DNA of 64,000 bases from Azolla caroliniana (Eukaryota > Plantae > Polypodiophyta): contig JBHGNT010000004.1 in assembly GCA_043228905.1 (NCBI GenBank), positions 20,150,001 through 20,214,000 on the forward strand. The letters run 5' to 3'. Under the pieces are notes generated by a model. That model was not told the origin of the DNA. It made no database searches and saw only the letters and a list, made by a program, of their open reading frames with translations. This document shows, one piece after another, positions 1-12,928 of the stretch (position 1 is the first letter of the stretch; every line of letters starts with the position of its first letter). The translations under genes and the position numbers were made by a program.

Positions 1-330
1 TCTGTGATATGTAAAGATTGCATTCGATGTCTATTAGAAGGATCCCTAATTATGTATGACCATAGTGGTTAGTGAGAATTGAGGGAGCAATATAACTCTC
101 TCTTGTCCCTGAATCCCTAAGTGGAAGGTGTAATGTTCCTGTCTCAAGCTCCCTTTGCACATCTATACGTCTGACATGTCCTCTTCTAGAAGAGAATGAA
201 TTTTAACAGACAAGTCTCTATCTTTAGGGGGTGCTATGAAGTGAGTAGTTGACCATAACACATTGGAGGCTATGAGACAATTGGGTATCCATGCATGTGA
301 GCATAGTATCAAACTATGCTTTGGTTCAGA

Positions 331-730
331 GAAGCGGGTTCTATGGAAATCCATTGTTCCTAGTTTTCGTGAGGGAGAAGAAGATATATTACCGTCTGTC
401 CAGAGCCCAAAATTGCTTATAAGACTAATTGAGAGATTACATCTGAATATGCATCTCATCTTGGAGAACAACGAATGAAAAAAACTGTAAATGAAGTGCC
501 TAAGGTATCTTGGTGAAGAAGAAGCAGTTTCTATGGAAATCCATCGTTGTTTCCTAGTTTTCGTGAGGGAGAAAGAAAGATATATTACTGTCTGTCCAGA
601 GCCCAAAATTGCTTATAAGACTGAATGAGAGATTACATCTGGATATGCATTTCATCTTGGAGAACAACGAATGAAAAAAACTGTAAATGAAGTAGTTAAA
701 ACTGGCTAAGGTATCTTGGCGAAGAAGAAG
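331..730. repeat. Direct tandem duplication, ~190-bp unit x2 (probably intronic)
   Basis: TTCTATGGAAATCCAT...CAGAGCCCAAAATTGCTTATAAGACT...GCTAAGGTATCTTGG recurs at 331-520 and 521-730 with few substitutions and small indels. Confidence 0.9.
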
Positions 731-914
731 AGGGAGGGAGAGTCCAGGCATATATGGATCCTTTTTAACAAATTTCTTTGTTGTGTATTGAAGCTGATTG
801 GCGAGGATACATCAAGGTATATTCTTTTTAGACTAATGTTGTGTAGATTTTTTATATCATTTGACATTAACTTTGTCCTCGTAATGAGTTTTGTGGTGTT
901 CTTTGATCTATCAG

Positions 915-1725
915 TGAACTAAGTAAAAATGCGTTAAAGAACAAGAAACGAAGAGAGAAGCAAAAAGAAAAGAAAGATGCGGTTGAAACTACTGCACCTG
1001 CTAAAGAAGAAACAACGGAACTTGTAAGGGTTTTACTACCAAGAAAATTTTCATTATACATTAGAATGTTGTTATGTATAAAATCATCTGAACTCCATAT
1101 TCTTCTGTACTGCTATTTGGGCATCCTATGTGATGATGACAGTATCCATGAAACATGTATTATGCTGTACAGAGAAATATTGTATTATCATTTTCAGTGA
1201 CGGTTTTGGAAGTCTTAGTATCACATTTGGTATAGACATGGTAGGAAAGGCTTGTGCATCAGTTAACTCTGAAGCTTGCATATGGAGGACCCAACCCTTT
1301 CTTTACTTGTTGCATGTTTTTGTCAAAGAAAGCAAACATTTTCACTGTAAGTTCACATTAAGTAAAATTTGTAACTGGATTATCCTCAGGGACAAAAACT
1401 TGAGGCTCTCTCTATTCCCCACGATGGTGATGTAGATGTCACAGGTTTGCCATCCATTGTTTATAGTTCTTGCATTATATTATCTCAGTATGACGTTTGT
1501 TGGATATGATCACTTCTTATTGTATGTCATCTGTAAGCAGTTCAAGCTGATGATATTGGAAAGAAGTTGAGATCTCTCCAAAAAAAGCTGAGACAAATTG
1601 AGGAGATAAAGAAAAAGATTGCTAGTGGGAGCGGAACTGATGTGTTAAATCCTGCTCAGCAAGAGAAGCTATCTCAAGAATCTGCTATCAGAGAAGAGAT
1701 AAGGACATTGGAAGCACAATTGTAA
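915..1725 (+). CDS. eIF2A: 3' exons of a probable eukaryotic translation initiation factor 2A gene (5' part not identified, probably upstream of the window)
   Basis: Three phase-compatible GT-AG exons (915-1023, 1390-1444, 1541-1725) give ELSKNALKNKKRREKQKEKK...TEL|GQKLEALSIPHDGDVDVT|VQADDIGKKLRSLQKKLRQIEEIKKK...QQEKLSQESAIREEIRTLEAQL*. SKNALKNKKxREKQKEKK matches plant eIF2A C-termini and the last coiled coil resembles the animal/fungal eIF2A tail. PYM is a weaker alternative. Confidence 0.72.
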
Positions 1726-3171
1726 GGTGCATATTTTGGCAGTGTCAGCCATTTGAGCCTGTTTTGGTAATTGATGAGCATAATAAAGATGTCCATCTCA
1801 AGACTTCGCATGAGCTGGATTTTATCCACCATAGCTTTAAATTGAAGGAAAAAGGATGGAACAGGATCCTAGAAGAGTTTTGGTAGTCTCACAATATTTT
1901 TGTATTTGTGATAAAAAGTAAAAAGGTCCCGAGTTCACTATATGTCTTGGGTCATGTCATATCATACATTTTAAATCTCTAATGATGGTGATGTCTGGGC
2001 ACTTTTGCACATGTCCTTAGTATTTCAAATGGAAGGATCTTATTTGTTAGAGGTTGGTGAATAGACAAACTTTGTCTGAAGTTTAATGTAGCAAATTGTT
2101 GGGTAATAGAACAACAATGTCGAACAAAATTTTAGCTATAGACTAAACGATGCTGTTATCCCAAGCATATGTTGGTGACGTTGCATGGAGTTGAATATGC
2201 TAGCTACAATCAAAATAATCACATGATCTTAAAGAAGGGTATGATTTCCACCAAGGGCATTCAAATGTTGCCATTTGATGTCTTTGATCGTGATATGATC
2301 GTCATGCATGATAGAAGAAATGATCCAAAGCCGGTTCTCAAGCCTATCTTAGGTCCTCAACATCTTGTTAGACGAATGGAATGTACTAGGAAGTAAATGA
2401 TACAAATTACACTTGTCGGTATGGAGTTTGGGAAAAAGTTTATTTTCTTGAACAAAATGCCAAAATCAAAGTACAAATAAATGTTTGTGAGAAAATATTT
2501 TATCGCCTTAGAATTGCTGTGTGTTGATTTAGCATTCCTACTTAAGGAGCTATAAGAAGATAACCACAGTTATTTGATACATTCCTAGAACTAGATAAAG
2601 GATGCGACAAAAGCTGAGGTCTACAACATCAATTCAAGAATAGATACCCAAATGAAAGCTTAGTTCTTGCACTCACAATCCATTTGGTAAGCTATACCTA
2701 GTGAGAAGTTACGAATGCATAGCTCACAAGAACCACCATTGGATTGCCATATAAATAGAAGTGGCTCACCAAATTGGGTAGAACTAAATTCAACTAATGC
2801 TTGATAGCTGTAGAAGAATGATAGCATCAAAGATGTTTATGCACAACAAGAAACCAAAGATAGGGTAGTGAATACCATGTATATGTCTATAGGAGGAACT
2901 GTGACTAAAGCAATGATGAATGTAAAGGTTGCGGTTAATAGGTGAAAAAACATTTAGACATCAAACCATTCAATGTACAAGTGGTTTTCATTGTAGATGA
3001 TCCAATCACTTTAGTGATACCATAGGTTTGGGCATTTGTGTTTGTTTGAAGTTGTGTTCATGATTATCTTTGTTTACCAAATAATTAATCATTCCTGAAG
3101 TTAGTAAGCTTGTTGAGTCCTAGTACATGAAAATAAATCAAATGTTTGTGGGGCAAGATACACTATCACCA

Positions 3172-3345
3172 TAAAATTAGTGGATGTATGCTTTAATGCT
3201 CTTAATTAGGCAGATACATGAGTTTAATTATTGTTATTTGATACATTCCTCAACATTTTGCAATATAAAATTCGTGGTGTTGCTTTAATGCTCTTAATTC
3301 AGTAGCAATATGATTATAATTACAGTTATTTGATACATTACTAGA
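3172..3345. repeat. Degenerate ~95-bp tandem duplication
   Basis: TAAAATT.GTGG..TGCTTTAATGCTCTTAATT...GTTATTTGATACATT occurs twice (starting about 3172 and 3266). Confidence 0.7.
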
Positions 3346-4351
3346 CCAATTTTCCCATACAAAATTTCTCTAATAGATTTTGGTGATCATACCACCACCT
3401 TCACACAACCATTTGGGAATCTACATATCAAAGTATACTATGAAACACAGATATCAGCTGTTTCAGAAACCGTTTTCAATTTTATACATAGCTTATGATT
3501 GTGGGATTTCTCTTCACTTGGATATTTCCCAGTTATAGATGCTGGCAGTAAAGAAGCAACAATAATTTTATTACAATGGAGGAAGCTTTATATCACAAGT
3601 TCAGGATACTTCGCATCAAGTGCAAAAGAGAATCTTAGGGGTTGGGAGTTAGCTAAATGATGATGATATTTCTGAAGCATGCATAACATTCTACATCAAA
3701 ACAAAACAAAAGCATCAAAAGCAGCTAAAAGTAAACTCTAAATTTGAAAAAGCTGTAGTAGCATCAGTTACTAATGATGCTAATAATGCTGTTACTTCTA
3801 CATATTTGAATGTACTCATACATATCTCAATGATCATGTTACCATACATATTTCAATGCTAATGTTACTCATACACATTTCCATTTCAACAAAAGGAGGA
3901 ATTACAGCCAGCCCAAGGCCCTCTTGATATGATCAAATCCCCACCACTATTCTAGTGGTTTATAATGCATATGATACAAACTCATATGGCTATTACATGG
4001 TTATGATAGTCCATAAAGATCCAGTTTAGTGGCCTGGAGTAGAAGCAACACAGCTATTTGCATCTTCCAGAGAGAATTCTCCACAGAAAATGCATATAAT
4101 ATATGTCTTCAACCAAGTCAGTGAATATGTTGAATGTTTTGTGTATACAGCCACATTTTATGAATACCCAATGCATGGATTACTTCTTTAACCTTTTCAA
4201 TTTCCAAAATTGGTTTTGATGGCCAAGAGGAAGTTTAGGCATAACACCTGAGAAGTTTTTACACTCTTTTTCCATTCAACCAATATATTTCCACTACACT
4301 CTCTACGAAATATCCAGTATATAATTATATCAAAATACATCTCTTTCGAAG

Positions 4352-7164
4352 TCAGAAAGTTACTGCCCTTGTATCCTTTTGAGTGTAGAATATTTTGTCG
4401 ATTACATCTACTGGTAAAGCATATGCTGGGTCAACTGGCTTTAACCCTTCATATTCCAACAACGATAGCCCTAACCATCCAATGTCAGCAATAAAATCAA
4501 AAGGCAGCACTAAAGTTCTCCTTTGAGGTATACCCAGCTAAAAAGACCTTACACAAGTATACCCAGCTACACTTATACCTGCTATGCCAAAAAAAGTATG
4601 AAATACATCCACAGCATCATCTGGCCTATCTGATATTCCCCCATGCTCCTTGTCCTGGAATTAAAGGTAGCTTTCAATTGGTTTTGGTTTAAATAATCTG
4701 GTAAAGATCAATGGAACCCATACATTATAAACTCAATAATCTCTCCACCACGTATACAGGTAGTTCACCGGCTTCACTACTCTTACGGAAATTTGGATCA
4801 ATTTGAAATTTCCAATATGAAGTTCTAGATATCAAGAAAGATAAAACGATGACAAAGATGTGCGAAGTAGGGGTAAGCAGGGTAACAGGACAAGTTTTCT
4901 TTTCCAACCTGGCAATCAAGAATGAATTGTTTGAGCTTCTCCTTGTCTATCCAGTGCACACGATCAATCATTACAAGACTTGAGAGAACCCACCATGAAT
5001 AACAGACCTAAATATATACAAAACAAAGATGTGTGGAAAGTTTTGAAGTGGAACTACAGTTACTTGAGAATTTGAAAATAATGAATGTAGCAGTAGCGAA
5101 CATGTTTTTTATATCAAAAACATACATCTGGTAGCTTCTCAGGCCTTCCATTCAAACCACCAGATGGCACTTGGCGTTCGCAAAGCCACCACCCCAAAAG
5201 ATCTTTGTCAATATGGTGAAGAGAATCTGTAATGGCTAAGGCTCCAACACAACAGAAGACTGTAGAACATATGTCAGTCTATGATCAAATTTCAACAATG
5301 ATCATACCTTGAATGAAGAAAAGTCGAAAATCTTAAAAATCATCATGCAGACGTCCTTGAAAAAGGCACAAACAATGAAGGAGAAACTATGAAATACCCT
5401 TTTTTTTCATTTATTTCTCCAAATAGTTTTCGTTGTTCCCTCAAATTCTCTTGGTCAATCCACTCTCGATTAATTATCTGTGCAATTTAAATAATTATAT
5501 GGACAATTTATTTCCTTCTTAATTATATAGAAAATCCATCCCTTTTTATTCTCTTTCTGGGGTTGACCAAGGGCATTTGGGGAAATAAAGGCAGAATTGC
5601 AATCAACTACCAAGAGCAAAAGCTGGATGAAATATTCAGAACCCAGGACAGAATAACTGATGCGAAATCTTATAAACATGTCACCAATATCACTTACTCT
5701 GACCAGCATGTGATTCTCCACCAGGAGTACATCCAAAACCACCATCAAAATTTTTGCAACTAGCCACGAACTCTACAGCTTTTTGAACGTTTATCTTGTC
5801 CAAGTTCTTTAGCAAAGAAAGACAGCAAATTGCACAGTATGTGAACCTGAGAATAAACACTCAAATCTTTGCAAGATTGTAGCCATTCAAAATAAAATCT
5901 CAGAGTGATACATATTTAGATCACTTGCCTTGTATCAATCTCCCCCCACTCATCACCAGCAAATGATCCATCTGCTTGCTGTAGCCTAGAGACATCTGAT
6001 TTCTTGTGAAGGTGATAAAATTCTTCGATGCAATAGAAAATGGTTTTCATATTTCACAGCCATATTTAAAACATCAATCATGTATATTTGGGTCAAGATA
6101 CATGAGACTATTTTCTCTTTATCAACGAGATCAAGTTTGTCATATAATACTAGTATCTGGACAGCACTTAAAGTATACAAAATGTGAGGATCATGGTCGA
6201 TGTTGCCACTGAACCCTCCTGAAAAATGGCAATATAAGAACAAGCATATCAGACCATTGTGGCTTCCTAGCAGAGAAACTAATATAATACTTCTTTACTA
6301 TCTCGACACCTACATGTGTCTTTTGTATCAATGCATGTATATTATTGGTAGGAAACCTCAAAGTGACATGAAACCCCACAATGGATATTTAATAGCATGT
6401 CACATTAAAAAGTCGGATATAAATCAACATGCACATGCTCACATTATGAACTTACCTGATTCATGTTGGCATTGTTTCACCCAGTTGACAATAGAGTCAT
6501 CCATGTCGGAAAGGTGACCCATCAAATCCATTGCCGTGAGTCCCCAATAGGCCCCACTCATGCGCAAATGCTCTGTCAACACTGAATCGAGGTCCTTCTT
6601 CTGCTCATACCATAGATAATGTAAAGAATTCTTGCAAATCCAATCTCTCTCTTTTTCTCTGTATCTTAGATCATGTAGCTCTGGCAAATGTCTCTTACTT
6701 AGAACATGTTTATTGTCTCTCAAAGCTTTAGATGATTTTTTGTTTACAATGTTGGTTATGTTTTATGATCATCTATTGTAAATGAAATAATGCAATTCCA
6801 GTTAATTTCGTTTCATTTTATTTCAGTTTCAGTTTCATTTGATAACTCTCTCCCTCTCATAGATCATGGAAAAAAAACTGTGTAATCACTTTCTCATAGG
6901 TCAAGTAAAAACAATCTTCCAAATTTCTCTCCCATAGATCACGCAAATCTTCTAAATATCTTTCTCTGTAATGCTAATCCCTCTCGTGAATAAGTGACGA
7001 AAAAAACACTCTGGCAAATACCCATATTTGTAATCCTACATTGTTTTGTGTGCAGAAATCTGTTGCTCTCTCTCCATCGCCCAAAGCGTAGAGAGAGGAT
7101 AATTCGTTACCTTGTCAAGAGATTTGATGTATTGGACGTGTTGGGCGATGGCGAGCTCTCCCAT
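4352..7164 (-). CDS. RGTB: Rab geranylgeranyltransferase (GGTase II) beta subunit, 9 coding exons
   Basis: Exons 7164-7111, 6600-6456, 6218-6102, 5995-5929, 5846-5698, 5259-5126, 5007-4909, 4654-4579 and 4470-4352 splice in frame: [125 protein letters not shown]. Intron 4 has a GC donor. Confidence 0.97.
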
Positions 7165-7194
7165 CTTCGCTTTGTCTGAGGTACAATAAAAACA

Positions 7195-7386
7195 AAGAAC
7201 AAAGAACAGTTGAAGGACTTAAGAAGTCAAGTCATTAGGAGTAAGTACTTAATATGGTGCTATAGTAGTAGTAGTAGGCCTACTAATGTTAAGAACAAAG
7301 ATTAGTCGAAGGACTTAAGAAGTCAAGCCATTAGGGGTAAGTACTTAACGTGGTGCTATAGTAGTAGTAGTAGACCTACTAATGTT
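7195..7386. repeat. 96-bp tandem duplication just upstream of the RGTB start (probable 5'UTR intron)
   Basis: AAGAACAAAG...GAAGGACTTAAGAAGTCAAG...GGTGCTATAGTAGTAGTAGTAG.CCTACTAATGTT at 7195-7290 and 7291-7386. Confidence 0.9.
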
Positions 7387-8392
7387 TCGCCCATCATCAT
7401 CATCATCATCGAGAGGCCGATGCCCCGAGTTTACTCCTATTGAGCTTTCGAGGGACCTTTTTTGTGATATGTTGCTTGTCATACTACAACTCATTGCAGT
7501 GCATGCCGGGTCGAGGTTCCTTTGAGATAGAGATAATGAGAGGTATTTGATGTTGGGCATCAAGGTAGTTGCTCGATCTAAAGAGAAGTTAAATGTTGGA
7601 TTCTTTCGGGTCGTAGGAAAAGTAATCGCATTCTGTGGCCAGATATGAGTTTGTGACCGTGTTTTGATTGTGAGTCGTGACCCTTTTACTATGCGATAAA
7701 GTTTATCCTAATGGGCGTGCAAACACGTTGGGAAAATGGATGTGCATAACACTAAATGTGATACTTCTAAGAAATTATGATCGTTGTGATGATTATCGTG
7801 TTATGTAGAGATGTCGTAAATAAGGTTGCGGTTGCGTGCTCTTCAATGAATACCTAATGTTTATGTAGGAAACTCAATAATAGTGGATGTGGTCTGATAA
7901 TGAGAAGCCAAAACTAATTGCTTGTTTGAATGTGCGGTTGTTTCTTTGTCGTACTTATTTCAATACAAGTGTGATTTGGAAAGGAGTTCTGTGTGAGAGT
8001 TGACTAAAAAAACAATCTATAAGGGAAGCAAATTTGAGAGTATTTGGTCAAGGGATTAACGCCATGATGTTATAATTAAATGGTTGTTAAATGCATTTAT
8101 TTTAGCCATTTGCTGACACTTTCGATGCTTCAAATTGATGAGCCCTTCAATCTCTCTAATGTTTGATACCACTAGTACTAACTAGAACAATACACTTGGG
8201 ATGACGAATACCACAAAGATTGTGTTTGATACACATCATGTTGTCATTTCACAATGGAACATATAAACACTTGAAGCAAACAAACAAAAAAACATGCCAA
8301 TAAACAAACACATAGTCGGAGAGGTAGAGCATTTGCTTTATTTATTAGCCAGAAGAAGCCACACATTTGCTTAGGGCATGCTAGCGAAGACA

Positions 8393-8718
8393 AACCCTAA
8401 CTACTTATGATCTATGCAACAAAACAAAAAAACTCAATTGAAATACTCTTTTAAAGAAGGCGGCCATCGACACACTACAAATACTTACTTTTGTTTCACA
8501 AAGAACAAAAACCCTAACTCCTCACTTAGAAGCCATACATATATGCCATGGCAAACCCTGCCTACTTATGATCTATGCAACAAAACAAAACAAAAAAAAC
8601 TTGATTGAAATACTCCTTTAAAGAAGGCGGCCATAGACAAACTACAAATACATAGTTTTGTTTCACAAAGAACAAAAACCCTACGACTCCTCACTTGGAA
8701 GCCAGCCATACATATATA
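8393..8718. repeat. ~160-bp tandem duplication
   Basis: AAACCCT..CTACTTATGATCTATGCAACAAAACAAAA...AAAGAAGGCGGCCAT...CTCCTCACTT.GAAGCC occurs twice. Confidence 0.9.
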
Positions 8719-8809
8719 TAATAACAAGAGGTGCTCAAAAGAAATCATTATGAAGTTCACATAACTAGAATCTCGGACTAATTGAGGTTTTAGGGTTTTT
8801 CAATAATTG

Positions 8810-9440
8810 AGGTAGGGTCGGCCGAGCGGGCCAACCCTCTTATGGGGTGACAAAAATTATGTCGGCCATATGTCTAGATGTCCATACGGCATGAGCCTCC
8901 TCCCCCCACTTGAAAGTGGGTGGGAGGGAGGGCTCATGTGGCACATTTAGCCAACCAACCCTTTTAAGTCTTCTCCATTCACTGGCCTCTTCCTTTTATA
9001 GCCATCCCATCCTCCTGCCTTTGCATGTGGGATAAATCCATCCATCCATCCATCCGTCCATCCACAACTCATTACATCATTTTTTTTTCCCTTCTGCCTT
9101 TTGCCACTCTCCATGGATCCATTGATCCATGCCATGAAGGGAAAAAGGCTCACCTCCTCCATTTCCAGCATTTGGACCTTGTGCAATGCCTCCTCTGCCT
9201 CATTCATGCTGCTTGCCTTTTTGTCTTTTGCAATGCTTCCAGTGTCTTGTCTCCTTCCCACCATTCTTTCTTTTTCTTCAATATCCTCCCAAGATTTTTC
9301 CTTTCGATTTTCTCGAGAGTGATAGGCACATTGGGTAAAATCCTCCATGATTTTCCCTTTCGATTTCTCTCGAGAGTGATACGCACATCGAGTAAACTCC
9401 TCCACGATATTTTTCCTTCCGATATTTTCGAGAGTGATAG
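8810..9440 (-). mobile_element. Possible LTR/TE remnant with hairpins and a ~62-bp triplicated unit
   Basis: Two GC-rich hairpins (8814-8838, 8891-8937), a minus-strand GGCTATAAAAGG box near 8992-9003, and CCTCC...GATTTT.CC.TTCGATTT.CTCGAGAGTGATA three times (9285-9440). No termini or TSD found. Confidence 0.35.
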
Positions 9441-10640
9441 CATATACATATGTGCTTCCTCTTTAACTCTTATTTTTTGAGCCTTCATTTTCTATTGTAG
9501 TCTTTGTGATGCCTTTCTGTCTCGTTTATTTCAAACAACTTAACATACACAATCATCAAATTCTCACTTAGAAGAATGAGCGGCCGTGCGAATCATGAAT
9601 AATGATATCCGCTTTATGAACACAATGATACATATTCCAGTCCAGAAAATGAGGCCAAAATAAGAGAAATACAAGGATAATGTTGTAGTGCCAATACTTA
9701 AAATATATAAGGATGGATGTCATTCCTACTCATTCAACATAGTTCTCTCTTGCGCATGTCATTAATGTATAGTTTACTTGATTCCCTTCATTTTGCTACT
9801 CCCATGTAATTCTACCTAACAAAGATGTGTTATCCTTTTGTGTAGAGATTATAAGTGGATTCACCATACATGACCTCCCTATACAGTTAAGTGCCTTATT
9901 ATTCTCTGTTCAATGCAATGCCTCCCTTTGCACACATATAATCAATTTCGGTGTAATTACATGGATTCAGCATACACACACAACCTTCCTTAAGGCCAAA
10001 GTAATCTCTGATCACACACACCTTGCAATAAACTAGTCATGCAAATTTGCAACAATTTATGCACTCATCATCTGATGGATGAAGTAAAGATGTCGGTGCT
10101 TAATTCCTCCCAACAAACCATGCATTAAGAATAATTTGATTAGCAAAAATTGGATGCCGAGTGAAATACACTTTAAAAATATTTGTGCTGTCATGAGGAT
10201 CTCACCTAGCTAATTACTAATCAGAAAGACTGCAGTAAACAAATATATACTCACATTTACACTAATTAATATGCGTCAGCCTTAGCACACACATAAATGA
10301 TAGATTAAGGATTGTATGGGTAGTGCATGTTTCACTGAAAATTGTTCAAAAACACGTAAAGGAAATGATAGTGATTGAAACACCGTTGCATGAAGATATA
10401 AAGAGAAATAAAGCATTTGTCTACATAATAGGGCCGAGTACAACATTACAATGAAGACTTAATGTGCTTTGTCCTCAAATATTGGAGCACATCATTTTGC
10501 TTACAGACACTTCGGTTTGAATGTATATACAAAAACAAAAGTGAATCTGTGTAGACAAAAACATAGAATATCTGTACATTCATGAGGATGAGATTCTCTC
10601 TTTCCATAAGATATGCTAATCTTTCACCAGAGACCACTTT

Positions 10641-12129
10641 TCAGCCTTTAGGCCACTGTGGACTTACGTTCTGTATCAAGACAATAAAGACCACAAACAT
10701 GTGTCAAATCATTAGAAACCTAAATTCTAAGTTTCACAGGAAATCAAACTAAATGACGAGTTAAGAAAAAACGGAAAGATACAAAACCTCGAGGGTAGCA
10801 AAGACAATCCGCATCCGATCAGCAACCAAAGACGGTTCTTCAGCACGCCCTGTCACAACCATTCGCTCAAGCTGTAATGTCTTTACAGGAAGCCTGTGAT
10901 ATCATTACAAAAACTCGAAACTAAATCCAAGGAAATGAAACAAAGATATATTAATCCCTCTTAAAAAGCCCATATGGCCCCTGAGACCAAATAAGGATTA
11001 CCTGTGTGCTAACTCATGAAGGCAAGTACATAACCAAAATAAACTGGTTTGAAAAGGTGTACATACTACTATACACACTTCAAGGTAAACGTGTTGGAAC
11101 TAAATCTTTATTTACCAAGCCATTCCACGAACATAATATGCATTTGCAATTAGGTCGCAGAAACCTCTCCATGTCGATTCTGCTTCATCAGAGACAGGAG
11201 ACGTGTTTGACCATCGCACTACTGTTGGTTGAGGTGTGCATAAGATCGTAATGAAAACTATAGTTAACCAAAGTATACACTCTTCTATCTGTCAATGAAA
11301 AAAGGAGGTAATAACAAAAGAAGGTAAGTAAACCACTTGAATTTGTTAAGAACCAAAAACCAGACATTAGATGTGTCATATTGTATGAATAATTGCTTTC
11401 GCTTACACAGAAATTAAGTTTACTCAATCACCATGCCATTGCTGATTATTTTCTTCATCAATAAAAGACAAAACTGCAACCTTTTTGTTTTTGAGATTTA
11501 TATACAAACAAAACTATACTCAAAATGAGCTATATATAAACCATATCAAATATTCAACTATTAGATTTGAGGCTCCAAGTAACATATTTAAGCACTAAAC
11601 ATTATGGGACTGTTATGAATGTTATTATGTTTGACTTCTTTTGCAGTAATAACAAGCATTACAGACAAGGATTATAATATGTACTCCAAGAGAACAATGC
11701 TGCTGATATTATAAGGAAGACATGTACAAGATAATGATCAAGACACTAAATATTGAAATATGGAATCTGACCTCCTCTGAGGTAATCTTTAGCTTTACAC
11801 CTGTGCTACCTCCAGAAGATAATTCAATGACATCTTCATCAGAATCTCTCATACTCAAGAGTTCACCTCGCAGTCCTTCATCAGTGCAGCCAATAGCATA
11901 TGCAGTAACTCCAGCTGTTATAAAATCCTGAATATAAATAGATGTAGAAAAAGGAACAGTTAACAAACAAACACTAAAAACATATCACCAACAGAATACC
12001 TGACCAAGAATAGAAAAATACCTTAATGTTATTGCTGAATCCCCTATCAACAACTTTTTTATACCTTCTATGAATACTTAAAGCTATGTTGCGAGAAGAA
12101 CGGAACTCGTCATCTATAGAAGCGCGTGT
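10641..12129 (-). CDS. Conserved uncharacterised plant protein, five 3' exons (upstream exons tentative)
   Basis: In-frame GT-AG exons 12129-12022, 11927-11772, 11288-11116, 10893-10788 and 10670-10641: DDEFRSSRNIALSIHRRYKKVVDRG|DFITAGVTAYAIGCTDEGLRGELL|IEECILWLTIVFITILCTPQPTVVRWS..FCDLIANAYYVRGMAW|LPVKTLQLE..RMRIVFATLE|NVSPQWPKG*. Candidate upstream exons near 13.0, 13.5-13.8 (ATG 13797?), 14.6-15.1 and 16.5 kb could not be phased confidently. Confidence 0.85.
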
Positions 12130-12305
12130 CTATTGAAAAGAAGAACTGATTCAATAGGAGAAAAGCATTAAAAGTACACACTCCCAATTTCTAATAGAGG
12201 CTTTTACAAAACCTTTTAGGCTTGAATAATCCATTAGTTTGTGCATGCAAGTACAAAATAGTAGGTTTACCATCTCAAGCATAACAGGGGGGGGGGGGGG
12301 GGGGG

Positions 12306-12412
12306 AGAGGGAGGACCCACACAGTTGTAACGGAGTTAGTAAATTTGAATGCCTACATTCCATAGTGGCATGTAGTAAAATAGTGCATATAGTGAGATTT
12401 GAACCCAGTTAC
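12306..12412 (+). mobile_element. Degenerate, internally deleted copy of the tRNA-derived SINE family
   Basis: GGACCCACACAGTTGTAACGGAGTTAGTAA...CCTACATTCCATAGTGGCATGTAGT aligns with GAACCCAAATGGATGTAGCTCAGTTGGTAA...CCTACATTCCACAGTGGCATCTAGT of the copies at 31.9-32.2 kb, and follows a poly-G/GA tract. Confidence 0.5.
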
Positions 12413-12928
12413 ATATATTATCACTATGATATCATCCTACTATGCAGAGACAGATTCACCAGTTATATTAGCATCTCTATTACATAAACATTAGCTGACT
12501 AAACATTTTCATAGTATCCACACCAGATTATAAAGTATAAAGATCATTGATCATACTAGAATCCCAAAGAATAGGCATCTATCCATTGTTCAATTTTCAC
12601 CAATAATGCCGTCTACTGTAATCTTAGAAAGCTGTCACAGTTCAACACCTACATTTCATAGTGGCATGTGGTAAAATAGTGCATATAGTGAGATTTGGAC
12701 CCAGTTATATACGTTATCACTATAATATCATCCTCCTATGCAGAGACGGAATTCACCAGTTATATTAACATCTCTATTACATAAACATTAGCTGAATAAA
12801 CCTTTTCATAGTATCCACTCCAGATTATAAAGTATAAAGATCATTGATCATACTTGAAAACCCAAAGAATAGGCATCTATTCATTGTTCAATTTTCACCA
12901 ATAACAATGTCTGCTGTAATCTTAGAAA
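12352..12928. repeat. ~296-bp intronic tandem duplication
   Basis: CCTACATT.CATAGTGGCATGT...CTGTAATCTTAGAAA at 12352-12630 and 12648-12928. Confidence 0.92.

Noticed and set aside
8947-9488. 150-aa ORFs on both strands
   Set aside because: They arise from low-complexity and 62-bp repeated sequence; no domain or splice support.
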